From NCBI GenBank assembly GCA_018060545.1, contig JAGOVW010000002.1, forward strand, positions 141 through 64,140: a stretch of 64,000 nucleotides of DNA, in the 5' to 3' direction. This document shows, piece by piece, positions 29,301 through 37,080 of the stretch. This DNA is from Minisyncoccota bacterium (GTDB lineage Bacteria; Patescibacteriota; Minisyncoccia; Phycocordibacterales; UBA2100). The notes beneath the pieces were generated by a model. The model had not been told where the DNA came from. It made no database searches and was given only the letters and a program-made list of their open reading frames with translations. The first letter of the stretch is position 1. Each line of letters begins with the position of its first letter. Both the position numbers and the translations under genes were made by a program.

Positions 29301-29957
29301 AACACGTTCTATTACGACCTGAGTCTCAAGTACTTCTTGCCGGTAAAGCAGATTGCACCGCGTGACGAGGGTATTGCTATTACGCGTGCGTTCTACCGCC
29401 TGACAGACACGGCACAACAAGAGCCGCTTACGAATGCGAAGGTGGGCGAGGTGGTAAAGGGTGTATTAACGATTATTTCCCCAAAGGAGCGGCACTTGTT
29501 TGCCGTAGAAGACTACATACCAGCTGGCTTCGAGATTGTGGATTTCAGCCTGGCGACTGAAGACGAAGAGACCATTACGAATGCTGTTGGTACTGAGAAT
29601 GCAGCGCCCGCTCTTGCCAGTGCGCAGCCGGTCAGGCGTTCGATAACGGAGCGCATACTCGGCAATTCGCACACACAAGTGGCGGGCGCGGGAATCCTTG
29701 GGGGATCGCTGGCGCCTACGGCATCCGCACGCCGCGCGCCGGTATATCAAACGTTCTACCCAGACTTCGACGAGCTACACGATGATCGCATCTTCTTATT
29801 TGCAGAACATCTTGCACCGGGCGCCTATACGTATGAGTACTACCTGCGCGCCACGACGCCCGGCGCATTTAGCCATCTGCCTGCAGTGGCGAGCGATCTG
29901 TACTTCCCAGAAAACTTTGGCAGAACAGCAGGCTCAACGTTTACGGTAGAACAGTAG
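23301..29957 (+). CDS. Alpha-2-macroglobulin family protein (bacterial A2M, YfhM/ECAM-like), unusually large, N-terminal TM anchor
   Basis: 2218 aa. N-terminal TM segment, repeated beta-rich MG-like domains. Thioester-type motif YPYGCSEQLASRL (Cys-x-Glu-Gln) at about nt 28300. PBP1C gene adjacent. Confidence 0.8.
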   Translation: MEPKDTAPVPPAPAPDLDVPAAVSPVSQIKQKVATLITWGRTHPSKNTATLALGAVLSLLVVMLVANGFGKGIAFFTPDTNYVPVYTLVNDKISKSGAIIVNLPEGVAQASAAAAVTFDPPIAGEWIPSKLREAVVYKPSEQLTVGKHYLVSLATEEGVIKKDFLVDEDPRVLDMFPSKDAEADPASTITIVFNRPMVPLTTLSELDALEVPVGITPQTPGRFKWISTRTLQFTPTSALAGSANYSVTIGDDFVSMDGLAVPAVTHTFTTKRLRLDQVTSGAIVYNEPVQLYFNQPIDLERTHREITLTDVAAGRAIDFVAAYGQKTVYDQSSGTMQKVEDQSILSVVPKNSLNGHANVWRFDGVYRVVVQKAYTVGGDIPLPEAGSDPAAATDIVASGVLREVTAQSEKSTLVSPALFDPSGTVTFAFHEAIDIGKSTIRGKGMKKISYGETCKQTEQDDYYSAACEKVPDESTLVMTFDEGAYARGEQVPITFERLFNAAGYQVNSEPIVSTLSVYPALKVRMMPSDGATSASVKDLVVCSNAPLKPQEATAFYEQVKANNYLVFGRWDNPYLEGEMNYYGAERLCAVGEYVNKIAYGLLPQKPYTLTASFEDVFAQKASVNASLATGRAPLFYLRFQNLQKIYNVTTPEHTKLTYATENFDYVNLSICKVSPDAMVQYLAAEPSEVSTKPTSAFACTSSVNERIQLKSDQWVNQYFQVDLKQYFPDPRGQYVVSFTHPQYVDAQGAALYGRTYVSVTNLAATSKRVKWSSYDYTPETPDRTDMDTRGAVYWVSQMQSLLPVSGAQVKVYKAGATQEWGGNNPAVPPILASVTSTNAGGFGEFTLIPDVVGAAITHGAESAVVSAWADTLNSPSWQDARQDEKMYLYTDRPIYRPGQEVFVKGLYRMHFDGVFKVFDEADMKVEVRDSKGEVVLSQKRPVSAYGTFSTSVKLPADAPLGSYSISAGNGWASFDVAEYVGAAFEAKAETDKEEYLAGETARLAISGKYYFGVPLDGGVLEYSLSAQNFHFDRYKDEYFSFGNSWYSCYDCGYGDTYLKSGKATLDAQGIAHLEQSLDFAQLFTGETGGQSKIFVLHGTIKDKQGKSVSFQKSFIVHRGSLYLGVKTDPTFTGANQDVALRLKTVDVQGKPTAKSGITVVVNKVGWESYKRQEVDGGYYNRPQQILTPVITKRASTNSAGEYTEQLKLAEPGQYQIVATTEDGKGNTVTGVSDLYVYGAGTIDVRPTNNATLNVRAEKTDVKAGDMAQFIIESPFPRAKALISIERGRIFTYEVIDITQSMYQYEFPITEDYAPNVFASVVLLAPGPAIKFGQVEFTVDKKAKELTIDLKADKTAYLPGEKVTLAIKTTDAAGRAVPANVSLAVADLSVLALKGNPKKDPLLFFYDGFPLTVTTEANVKNLLMEAEIPTGNKGGDGGNPADLATRKRGEFKDTAFWQADVITNAQGMAEVSFTLPDNITRWQIESVGLTKDTRLGVRYAELLAQKEVMAVPLKPRFIVPGDTFMLGAKIFNQSANTQTLEVTFESDTLTFEDTPRARKTIKAGESDVVYVEVTAPESVQSGVHSFTLSAKNGSYNDTVEQTISITRNMTYESTATANSTSAVSAKEYLYLPDGLLKDRGGLTIKTSATLAVYLTDALTYLFEYPYGCSEQLASRLSAMAITKKALAVPNVGTSFDLPEVTMGGVSYTVDEAIAKGLEQIYDSQNADGGFAYYKGLKADPYVSIHVLNTLMDIKAAGYPVRPQVINNAVSYLYGQVSYFKKQQGSADTLVLLTYALSRADQGSGSYAALVQQVAGLATPRYLSDTASSNSLAYLALITTRANVSAAFKEKVFAALINRVEIDSRGAYVKTNPANTGWAYYETAEKNTALFLKALVADERVYTQTDSVLRWLLASRASDGSWGSTNASVAAIDALSEYLLWKRETESRFTLTTTLDEKEVSTTAFGADNILATITTFLPIAEMKTSAAQAISFTKSNASELANTFYYDLSLKYFLPVKQIAPRDEGIAITRAFYRLTDTAQQEPLTNAKVGEVVKGVLTIISPKERHLFAVEDYIPAGFEIVDFSLATEDEETITNAVGTENAAPALASAQPVRRSITERILGNSHTQVAGAGILGGSLAPTASARRAPVYQTFYPDFDELHDDRIFLFAEHLAPGAYTYEYYLRATTPGAFSHLPAVASDLYFPENFGRTAGSTFTVEQ

Positions 29958-32186
29958 CTACTGCTCTACTACACGGACAGTAACTTTTTCTGGTGTGCCG
30001 TGTTCAGGTTGCGCGGTAATCGTGTAGGTACCCGCTGCGCGCGGTTTAAAGAACACACGAGCTCCTTCACCGATGAACGCACCATTCGCAGACCACGAGA
30101 CTGATTCCGTGGCGACAAGGGGAATGGTGGTTCGTGCTTCCCACAGAAACGTGTCACCAGATTGTGGCGAGGTCAGAATCCCTGTGTTGGGGAGCGCGTG
30201 CCGATGTTCTGCAACGACATCACCTGGTAGACCAAAATCAATACTGCCATCAATGAATACGTCCTCGGTGAGATCGAAAGAGAATGGTGTTTTAAGGTTG
30301 TAGGGAGAGTTTAGAAGAAGTTCCATAGAATCTTTCCAAATGGCTCCCGCGCCTGACTGCCCTGTGATTTGCTTTAGGGGTTCATTTTCAGCATTCCCCA
30401 GCCACACAGCCACCACAAAATCCGGTGTATAGCCTACCGTCCAACTGTCGTGATAATCGCGAGAGGTGCCCGTCTTTACGGCGTAGTTACGTTGGAAGAG
30501 ATTAAGGTTGCCTGCAAGGCCGAACTGCTCGACACCTGCGTAGCGGTCATTCAGGACTCGCGTCACGAGTTGGGTGAGTGCAGGGTCGGCTACTTTTTTC
30601 TCCATGCTCACACTCGACATGGGGGTGCGGATGGTCCGCGTGCCTCCGGGGTGGCTTAGGAAAAGTTGCAGTGGCTTGAGGGTTCCTTGTGCAGGGAAAA
30701 TGGTGAGGTAGTGCGCGAGCGTGAGTGGATCCATTTCAAGTCCACCGAGCGCGATTCCATATTGGTAACTATCAAGAGGGTTGAGTGGGAGGAATTGCAG
30801 GCGCTGCTCTAGAAATGTATAGAAATCGGACAGGCCAATGTATTGCAGCGTTTTAACGGTGGGGACATTCAGACTGTTCGAGAGTGCTGTGTGGAGCGTA
30901 ACCCATCCCCGATAGAGTCCATCATAATTCTTTGGATACAACGGAAATCCTGATGCAGTGGGGAACTTATACTCCCGGTCGTCAACGAGTGTATAGGGGC
31001 GGAGTCCTTTTTCGAACCCCGCGAGGTAAATAAATGGCTTTGCGGTCGAGCCGATGGGGCGTGGCTCGATAGCCATATTTATTTGCTGTCCACTTTCGGT
31101 TCCGTAAACATCGGGTGTGCCCACGATAGCAAGCAACTGATTTTCAGGAAGTTTTATCACTACAATTGCGCCGTTGCGTGCGCCTGCGGCATATCCCCGA
31201 TCCACATGGCGGCGCAACAGAGCGCGCAGCTGCTGGGTGAGCTCTTTATCAATGGTGGTTTGGCAGGTTGCTGGGCATGCTGTGCGCATCGAGGAGAGTT
31301 CAAAATTGCGTGGCGGAGCATATTGGTGGACGGTCGTCACTGTGGCAAGGGATGGATCAAACGCAATACCGATACGTAGTGCAAGATTTCGCGAGACGCG
31401 CGCATTCTCTTCTTCCCACGGGTTCTGCAGACTCGGGCTTGAAAGGGTAGCTACGAGCATCATGATTTTTGTGTCATCGAGCTCGTGGAGTGGCTTGTTG
31501 AAATAGAGTTCACTGGCGCCCGATAGCCCCTGGATGTGATTACCCATGAACACCGTGTTTGCGTACATGAGCAAAATCTCGTCTTTGGTTGAAAACAGCT
31601 CGAGCGACAGTGCGTAGAGAAGCTCAATCCCTTTGTTTAGAAATGATCGGTCCTGCTCGTGTGCCAAAAGGTTCTTCACCAGTTGTTGGGTGATCGTGCT
31701 AGCACCTCCGATGCGATTCCCGGTGACGTAGCGCCACGCTGCACGAGATGTGCTGAACGGATTGAGGCCGGGATGGTAGTAGAAAAAGCGATCTTCTTTC
31801 TCAATGAGAAGCTCTGCTACCCGTGCAGGGAGGGTGTCCGTATATGCGGCATATACGTCTTTCTTATTGGGCAACAGGGTTAGTACTTGGTGGTGGCGGT
31901 CGAGAAGCGCGACTGATTCGAGAGCGGAGTAGTTGTGGCGAAGGTGACGCTGTGCTGCATAGCTCAAGACTATGGTGGCAGTGAGCGCGACGAAAGTGAT
32001 GAGAACGATATGTAGCGAGCGCGCATAGGGGTGTTTGGCGTGACGACCGAATGCGAAGCGCATCCTGGATAGATATTCTCGAGGGGATGCCATCATCCGC
32101 ACAGTGTACCGTACTCGCTCTTGCATAAAGGCGAAGGTGCCTGGGTGGTAGCTTGTGCACAGTGCTGTTGTATCTACCCCACGCAC
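29958..32186 (-). CDS. pbpC: Penicillin-binding protein 1C (bifunctional transglycosylase/transpeptidase)
   Basis: N-terminal TM. GT51 motifs (RFFYYHPGLNP; GGSTITQQLVKN). Transpeptidase STAKPF (SxxK), SLN and KTGTS. PBP1C-type C-terminal domain. The start is probably an internal Met (MQERV/MMASP/MRFAF), since the tracked start leaves only 11 bp to the divergent gene. Confidence 0.8.
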   Translation of the reverse strand: MRGVDTTALCTSYHPGTFAFMQERVRYTVRMMASPREYLSRMRFAFGRHAKHPYARSLHIVLITFVALTATIVLSYAAQRHLRHNYSALESVALLDRHHQVLTLLPNKKDVYAAYTDTLPARVAELLIEKEDRFFYYHPGLNPFSTSRAAWRYVTGNRIGGASTITQQLVKNLLAHEQDRSFLNKGIELLYALSLELFSTKDEILLMYANTVFMGNHIQGLSGASELYFNKPLHELDDTKIMMLVATLSSPSLQNPWEEENARVSRNLALRIGIAFDPSLATVTTVHQYAPPRNFELSSMRTACPATCQTTIDKELTQQLRALLRRHVDRGYAAGARNGAIVVIKLPENQLLAIVGTPDVYGTESGQQINMAIEPRPIGSTAKPFIYLAGFEKGLRPYTLVDDREYKFPTASGFPLYPKNYDGLYRGWVTLHTALSNSLNVPTVKTLQYIGLSDFYTFLEQRLQFLPLNPLDSYQYGIALGGLEMDPLTLAHYLTIFPAQGTLKPLQLFLSHPGGTRTIRTPMSSVSMEKKVADPALTQLVTRVLNDRYAGVEQFGLAGNLNLFQRNYAVKTGTSRDYHDSWTVGYTPDFVVAVWLGNAENEPLKQITGQSGAGAIWKDSMELLLNSPYNLKTPFSFDLTEDVFIDGSIDFGLPGDVVAEHRHALPNTGILTSPQSGDTFLWEARTTIPLVATESVSWSANGAFIGEGARVFFKPRAAGTYTITAQPEHGTPEKVTVRVVEQ

Positions 32187-32197
32187 AGTGAGAGAAT

Positions 32198-33685
32198 ATG
32201 GGCATGTCTAAGTATATTGTTGCCGGTCTCTGTGTTGCTTTGCTGCTACCGCCTGTGGCGCATGCAGTGACCGCAGCCGAGCTACGCGCCCAGATCGAGG
32301 CTCTTCTGGTTCAAATGAACCAATTGCAGCAGGCGCTCGCACAACCGCAAAAACCAAACACGACGCCAGGCCTCGTTTCGGGAGGAGGTGTGTGTCCTGT
32401 GCTCACGCGCACACTTTCGCGGGGTAGTCGAGGTGACGATGTGATGGGTCTTCAAAAGTTCTTACTGCGACTGGGGCTTTTAGCGCCTGATGGTGTAACG
32501 GGATACTACGGAGCTCTCACTGAACGAGGAGTGCAAGGATTCCAAACTCAAAACGACGTGGTGAATGTTGGCGACCCCGCTTCAACTGGATATGGCGTGG
32601 TGGGATTACGTACGCGAGAGGCTATTGCAGCTCGATGTGCTGATTTAAAACCAATCACCAGTCGTTGTACGGTCCACCGACCAATTCTTTGTCGGGCTGG
32701 TGAGCATGCGGAAGCGGGGCCAAAGGATGCACAAGGTTGTGCGACGGCACCACGTTGTGTTCTGGGTTCTGCATCCGACATGGTACCTATTACGTCATGT
32801 CCCGCGTATCAGACGCCGCTCTGTAGTGCCGGCATGCATGCACACAGTGGTGCGGCGGATAGTAACGGCTGCCCAGGTGCGCCGGTGTGTATTCTGGACA
32901 ACACGCAGCCGGTGGATACGCCGATTGCACAGGGTCCATTGAATGCAGCACCGCGCGTGGGTAGTGCCCCACTTACCGTGACGTTCACGGGAAATACTGG
33001 GCAAAGTCTTACTTCCGAAATTGCTGCATGGCTCGATTACGGTGACGGTTCCATAGATAACGCTGTGGGCGTCGGTTCATTCACTCGTACACATACCTAC
33101 CAAAATATTGGAACATACACCGCTAAATTGTTGTGGCGAGCATTTGGTCCGGGACATATCCCGTACCCCGTGAATACAGCCGGCACTGCAGTGGTTGCAG
33201 TGGGTGGCGTTGGGGCCGAGCAGTCAACGATTCGCGTTATGTCACCGAATGGTGGAGAAGTCATTCACGCGTGGCGCGAAACGCCGGTGCAGTGGGAAGC
33301 AGCGGGTATTCCGAGTGCGTATACGGCACCCGATGGTGCCAAGGTGACGTACAAAATACTGCTCAAGCTGGTGGCAAAAGGTGGGAAAGTGGTCGGTTAT
33401 ATACCGACGAGCGGCAATGCACTCGATAGCACACTTCGTTCCGTTCAGTGGGACCCAGCAACACTCAACGGCGGTTTCAATGCGCTTGATGAAGTTAAGT
33501 TGCAAGCGTCGGTAGTCAAGCAAGTCGACCGCTGTGCTCTCGCGGGAGTACAGGCATCCGCCGCACAATCTACCTGTCGCACCGATGAAGTGGTTGCACT
33601 CGACGAGAGCGATACATGGTTTGGACTTAAGGGGGTGACGGTCTGCAATAACGCGGTCTATCCCATTTCGTGTATCACTTCCTAA
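32198..33685 (+). CDS. Secreted protein with a peptidoglycan-binding domain, Cys-rich repeats and a PKD-like domain
   Basis: Signal peptide (LCVALLLPPVAHA). PG_binding_1-like DVMGLQKFLLRLGLLAPDGVTGYYGALTERGVQGFQ. PKD-like PLTVTFTGN...DYGDGS...HTYQNIGTYTA. Confidence 0.6.
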   Translation: MGMSKYIVAGLCVALLLPPVAHAVTAAELRAQIEALLVQMNQLQQALAQPQKPNTTPGLVSGGGVCPVLTRTLSRGSRGDDVMGLQKFLLRLGLLAPDGVTGYYGALTERGVQGFQTQNDVVNVGDPASTGYGVVGLRTREAIAARCADLKPITSRCTVHRPILCRAGEHAEAGPKDAQGCATAPRCVLGSASDMVPITSCPAYQTPLCSAGMHAHSGAADSNGCPGAPVCILDNTQPVDTPIAQGPLNAAPRVGSAPLTVTFTGNTGQSLTSEIAAWLDYGDGSIDNAVGVGSFTRTHTYQNIGTYTAKLLWRAFGPGHIPYPVNTAGTAVVAVGGVGAEQSTIRVMSPNGGEVIHAWRETPVQWEAAGIPSAYTAPDGAKVTYKILLKLVAKGGKVVGYIPTSGNALDSTLRSVQWDPATLNGGFNALDEVKLQASVVKQVDRCALAGVQASAAQSTCRTDEVVALDESDTWFGLKGVTVCNNAVYPISCITS

Positions 33686-33781
33686 TCTCGCGCGCCCCTG
33701 TGCCTCGTGATAGGGTGCAGGCAGACCTCGCTTTTGCGAGGTTTTGTTCTATCACAGCATGTGCAACAGAAGGAAGATTCG

Positions 33782-35023
33782 ATGAGACCTAAGCGCAGAG
33801 TCGTGGTGACGGGCATGGGTATTGTCTCGAGCATTGGTAACAATTGCACTGAAGTGGTGCAATCGCTACGCGATGGTCGCTCGGGCATCACTTTCTCGCC
33901 CGAGCAAGCAGAGCTTGGCTTTCGCAGCCAAGTGTACGGAAAGCCAACGCTTGATTGGACCCGAGTTGGCGATCGTAAGCCTCGACGCTTTATGGGCATG
34001 GGTTCAGCCTGGAACTACGCCGCCATGGAGGAAGCGATTCAGATGTCGCGTCTTCCACCAGAATTGGTATCCAACGTACGGACTGGGCTCATTATGGGCT
34101 CCGGTGGACCATCCGTTGCGGCCATAGTGGGCGCAGCGGACACCGTGCGTCGCGACAAGAGTCCTAAGAAGATTGGACCGTTTGAGGTGCCGAAGGCAAT
34201 GTCTTCAACTGCATCCGCAACGTTGGCGGTGCCGTTCCACATCAAAGGACACAACTTCAGTGTTTCATCTGCATGTGCCACATCCGCACATTGCATTGGT
34301 TTGGCGGCTCAGCAGATTTGCGACGGCTACCAGGACGTTGTGTTCGCCGGAGGGTCGGAGGAATTGAATGAACATCTCTCTGCCGTCTTTGATGCTATGC
34401 CAGCAATGTCGGCAGGTTTCAATGATCGGCCGGCGGTCGCGTCGCGTGCGTTCGATAAGCATCGCGATGGCTTTGTGATTGCGGGCGGTGCTGCTGTGTT
34501 GGTGCTTGAGGCGTATGAATTCGCATACATTCGCAAGGCACCGATATTGGCAGAGCTCGTTGGCTTTGGTCTTACGTCCGACGGACACGACATGGTACAG
34601 CCATCGGGCGAAGGGGCAGTGCGGTGCATGAATATGGCACTCACATCCATCACCACAGGCGAGCGCCTGCACGATCTCGTCGGTTACATCAATCCACATG
34701 GGACATCAACACCCGTGGGTGACGCGAAGGAGATTGAAGCGATTCGTTCTGTGTTTGGTGAGCGTATACCGCCCATCAGCTCGACAAAGTCACTCACGGG
34801 GCATTCTCTCGGTGCCGTCGGTGCTCAGGAAGCGGTATTCTCGATCATGGCGTTGCGCGAAGGGTTCTTGCCAGCAAGTGCCCATATCGAAGAACTCGAC
34901 CCGATCTTTGAGAGTGTACCGATTCTTCGGCAAAACGTTGAGGCGAGACCGGAAGCGGTGCTCTCCAATAGCTTTGGTTTCGGAGGCACGAACGCAAGCC
35001 TTGTTTTCAAACGATGGGGCTAA
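33782..35023 (+). CDS. fabB: 3-oxoacyl-ACP synthase I (KAS I, FabB-like)
   Basis: Start MRPKRRVVVTGMGIV, preceded by AGGAAG. Active-site Cys in SSACATSAHCIG, His in HGTSTPVGD and GHSLGAVG. SLRDGRSGITFSPEQAELGFRSQVYG closely resembles the FabB N-terminus. Confidence 0.75.
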   Translation: MRPKRRVVVTGMGIVSSIGNNCTEVVQSLRDGRSGITFSPEQAELGFRSQVYGKPTLDWTRVGDRKPRRFMGMGSAWNYAAMEEAIQMSRLPPELVSNVRTGLIMGSGGPSVAAIVGAADTVRRDKSPKKIGPFEVPKAMSSTASATLAVPFHIKGHNFSVSSACATSAHCIGLAAQQICDGYQDVVFAGGSEELNEHLSAVFDAMPAMSAGFNDRPAVASRAFDKHRDGFVIAGGAAVLVLEAYEFAYIRKAPILAELVGFGLTSDGHDMVQPSGEGAVRCMNMALTSITTGERLHDLVGYINPHGTSTPVGDAKEIEAIRSVFGERIPPISSTKSLTGHSLGAVGAQEAVFSIMALREGFLPASAHIEELDPIFESVPILRQNVEARPEAVLSNSFGFGGTNASLVFKRWG

Positions 35024-35051
35024 TGCGCGAAGGGTGTTTAGGGAGCCGCTG

Positions 35052-35078
35052 CCATAGGCAGCGGCTCTTCACTGTGCT
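35052..35078 (+). terminator. Intrinsic terminator (gagccgctgcc-atag-gcagcggctc)
   Basis: 11-bp stem downstream of fabB. Confidence 0.5.
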
Positions 35079-35126
35079 ATGGTCGCCCCAGTTGCAGCTT
35101 CGGCTGTGTTTAGGAGGAGTAAGCGA

Positions 35127-35426
35127 ATGCTTCACAGAGCACTGGCCTTACTAATGGCCTGCAGCATACTCGGCACCAGTGCCGCGTATGCGGGCGAATT
35201 CTGCGTTCCGCGCAATGTGTTCCATAGGCCTAAAGAGCCATGGATCAGGCTCGCGGACACGCCAGATCGCATTCTGCTGCGCCATCAACGAGGTGAATAT
35301 CTATGTGGGCTCGGTCCACTACGGCCGCACCCCGACCATCGCTTCAAGATCCATGGATACTCGATGGTGATGGCGCGCATCTACGGAGACACGATGTATT
35401 TCATGATTGAGTTGCCGCATCGGTAA
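35127..35426 (+). CDS. Small secreted protein (99 aa)
   Basis: AGGAGG RBS. Signal peptide MLHRALALLMACSILGTSAAYA. Confidence 0.45.
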   Translation: MLHRALALLMACSILGTSAAYAGEFCVPRNVFHRPKEPWIRLADTPDRILLRHQRGEYLCGLGPLRPHPDHRFKIHGYSMVMARIYGDTMYFMIELPHR

Positions 35427-35532
35427 CGATTCATGCCGCGCTGTGATACGCAGAGACACCGCCATTTGCGGTGTCTCTTCTTTTGTCCTCTGGTTCGAAA
35501 TGCCTTTGACCTGGGAGGGGGTGGGGGGTAGG

Positions 35533-36465
35533 ATGGCCGTACATCAGTTTTTTAGGTCATGCCCGTCTATGTCTCGAAAGACCCTCTATACCCAAGGTGC
35601 CGCGTACTCACTTCTCGTATTTTCATGCGCGTTCCTTTCCTACATGTTTACGCCTGTATTCCTCCAGGTAGACCCACATGCTGTGTCTGATAACGGATTT
35701 GCGTTTCCATCAATAACACTTGTTCATGCCGACGACGGAGGCGGTGGAGATGGTGGTGATGGGGGTGGGGGTGGTGATGGTGGTGACGGCGGAGGTGGTG
35801 GTGACGGTGGTGATGGAGGAGACGGCGGTGACGGTGGCGACGCAGGAGATGCTGGTGACTCTGGAGGCGGCGATGGCTGTCCCGGTGACTCTGGTGATTC
35901 TGGTGGCCCAGGAGGAGATAATGGAGGCGGCGGCGATTCATACTCGCAGGGAAGCTACACACCTCAGGGCTCGTACTATACGCAGGGCAACTACTACACC
36001 CAAGGAAACTACTACACGCAGGGGAACTATTATTCCCAGGCTGACTACTATTCTCAAGCGACGTACTACACGCAAGGTAACTACTACACCCAAGGTAATT
36101 ACTACTCTCAGGCTGATTACTACACTCAGCCTTCATACTATACGCAGGGTTCCTACTACCATCAGAACGACTACTACGCACAGCCAACGTACTACACGCA
36201 GGGAACGTACTACCACCAAAACGACTACTACACCCAAGGCTCGTACTTCAACCAGGGGTACTACCAGGGAGAGTACTTGTGGTATCCGCCAACACGGCGT
36301 GTGTCTCTGTACAATCCGCAACCCCAGCAACTTGCATTGGCGAGTGTGCCGTACACGAGCGGAGATAATGACTACTATTTCTTGATGTGGTTTGCTGTAA
36401 CAATTGCATCAGCAGGAGCGGCGCTAGCTCTTGGGCATCGTGTTCTAAAGACCTCGCGAGCTTAG
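35533..36465 (+). CDS. Low-complexity membrane-anchored surface protein: N-terminal TM, Gly/Asp (GGD) repeats, about 15 Tyr-rich hexapeptide repeats (YYTQGN), C-terminal TM plus basic tail
   Basis: Start MAVHQFF, preceded by GGGGGT. GGDGGDGGGGGDGGDGG... followed by YYTQGNYYTQGNYYSQADYYSQATYY... The C-terminus YYFLMWFAVTIASAGAALALGHRVLKTSRA is sorting-signal-like. Confidence 0.55.
   Translation: MAVHQFFRSCPSMSRKTLYTQGAAYSLLVFSCAFLSYMFTPVFLQVDPHAVSDNGFAFPSITLVHADDGGGGDGGDGGGGGDGGDGGGGGDGGDGGDGGDGGDAGDAGDSGGGDGCPGDSGDSGGPGGDNGGGGDSYSQGSYTPQGSYYTQGNYYTQGNYYTQGNYYSQADYYSQATYYTQGNYYTQGNYYSQADYYTQPSYYTQGSYYHQNDYYAQPTYYTQGTYYHQNDYYTQGSYFNQGYYQGEYLWYPPTRRVSLYNPQPQQLALASVPYTSGDNDYYFLMWFAVTIASAGAALALGHRVLKTSRA
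35740..36250 (+). repeat. Tandem DNA repeats (9-bp GGD period, then 18-bp YYxQxx period) inside the 35533..36465 CDS
   Basis: ggtggtgatggtggtgacggc... then tactacacccaaggaaactactacacgcaggggaac..., about 15 units. Confidence 0.7.
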
Positions 36466-36491
36466 TAGGCCAAAAGGCCGGTATGGAAAAT

Positions 36492-36525
36492 TAAAAGACG
36501 CCGGGATGTAGCCGGCGCCTTTTTG
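36492..36525 (+). terminator. Intrinsic terminator (gcgccgg-gatgtag-ccggcgc plus ctttttgg)
   Basis: GC stem followed by a T-run, downstream of the repeat-protein gene. Confidence 0.5.
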
Positions 36526-36748
36526 GTGGGGGTCCTTGCGGACCCTCAGTTGAGGTGGTTGGACGACCCCTACTGCTGCCGCCACTCTAGCGTGAGGCGC
36601 AGTTTTATGCAAGTGCATGAAAGAACAGAGGTGGAAAAGTGGAAACCGGTGGGCGAGTCCGTCAACCAACCCGCCCACCGACCCAGGCGAACCACATCAA
36701 TTCAGGCGACTCACCCTATTTCTAAACATACCTTTGGACAGGCGCGCC

Positions 36749-36913
36749 TCAGAGAGGTTTGCCGGTCTTCGGGCAGGTCTTACCTTTGGGGTGATCCGCC
36801 TTCGTCTGATTGCCTTTCTCAACAATCACTCCGTCGGCCGCGGTGGCCGTTGAAGTGCAGTGTGTTGATAGGGCGAAGGAGACGAGTGTGGTTACCAGTA
36901 GTGCTCGCATCAT
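36749..36913 (-). CDS. Candidate small secreted peptide (54 aa), not in the ORF track
   Basis: Minus-strand ATGATG, preceded by AAGGA. MMRALLVTTLVSFALSTHCTSTATAADGVIVEKGNQTKADHPKGKTCPKTGKPL, a signal-peptide-like N-terminus. Confidence 0.25.
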   Translation of the reverse strand: MMRALLVTTLVSFALSTHCTSTATAADGVIVEKGNQTKADHPKGKTCPKTGKPL

Positions 36914-37029
36914 CTACATCCTTGCATGCGAGTGGGTACGAACCATGTCCACCATAGCCATGGTCCAGATCGGGTGTGGACGCCGACCCAGGCGCTACCA
37001 TACGGCAGAGAGGGGTCTAGGTCAATGAA

Positions 37030-37056
37030 AGGCCCGCACAATACTGTGCGGGCCCT
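37030..37056. terminator. Bidirectional terminator hairpin (aggcccgcaca-atac-tgtgcgggcct)
   Basis: 11-bp stem between convergent transcription units. Confidence 0.5.
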
Positions 37057-37080
37057 AGGTTCGTAGCGGAGTGTGGCGAT

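Noticed and set aside
23433-29750. Numerous 60-180-aa ORFs on both strands inside the A2M gene
   Set aside because: They are embedded in a continuous 2218-aa reading frame with domain-level coherence. These are typical high-GC shadow ORFs.
29955-29960. Possible misassembly at the A2M/pbpC junction because the stops abut
   Set aside because: Both reading frames are intact to their natural C-terminal domains. Abutting convergent stops is unusual but not evidence of error. It is noted as a finding instead.
35648-36187. Minus-strand 179-aa His-rich ORF (HHHRHHHLRRHHHH...)
   Set aside because: It is the reverse-complement frame of the GGD/YYTQGN tandem repeats inside the plus-strand CDS, so it is a repeat-driven artifact.
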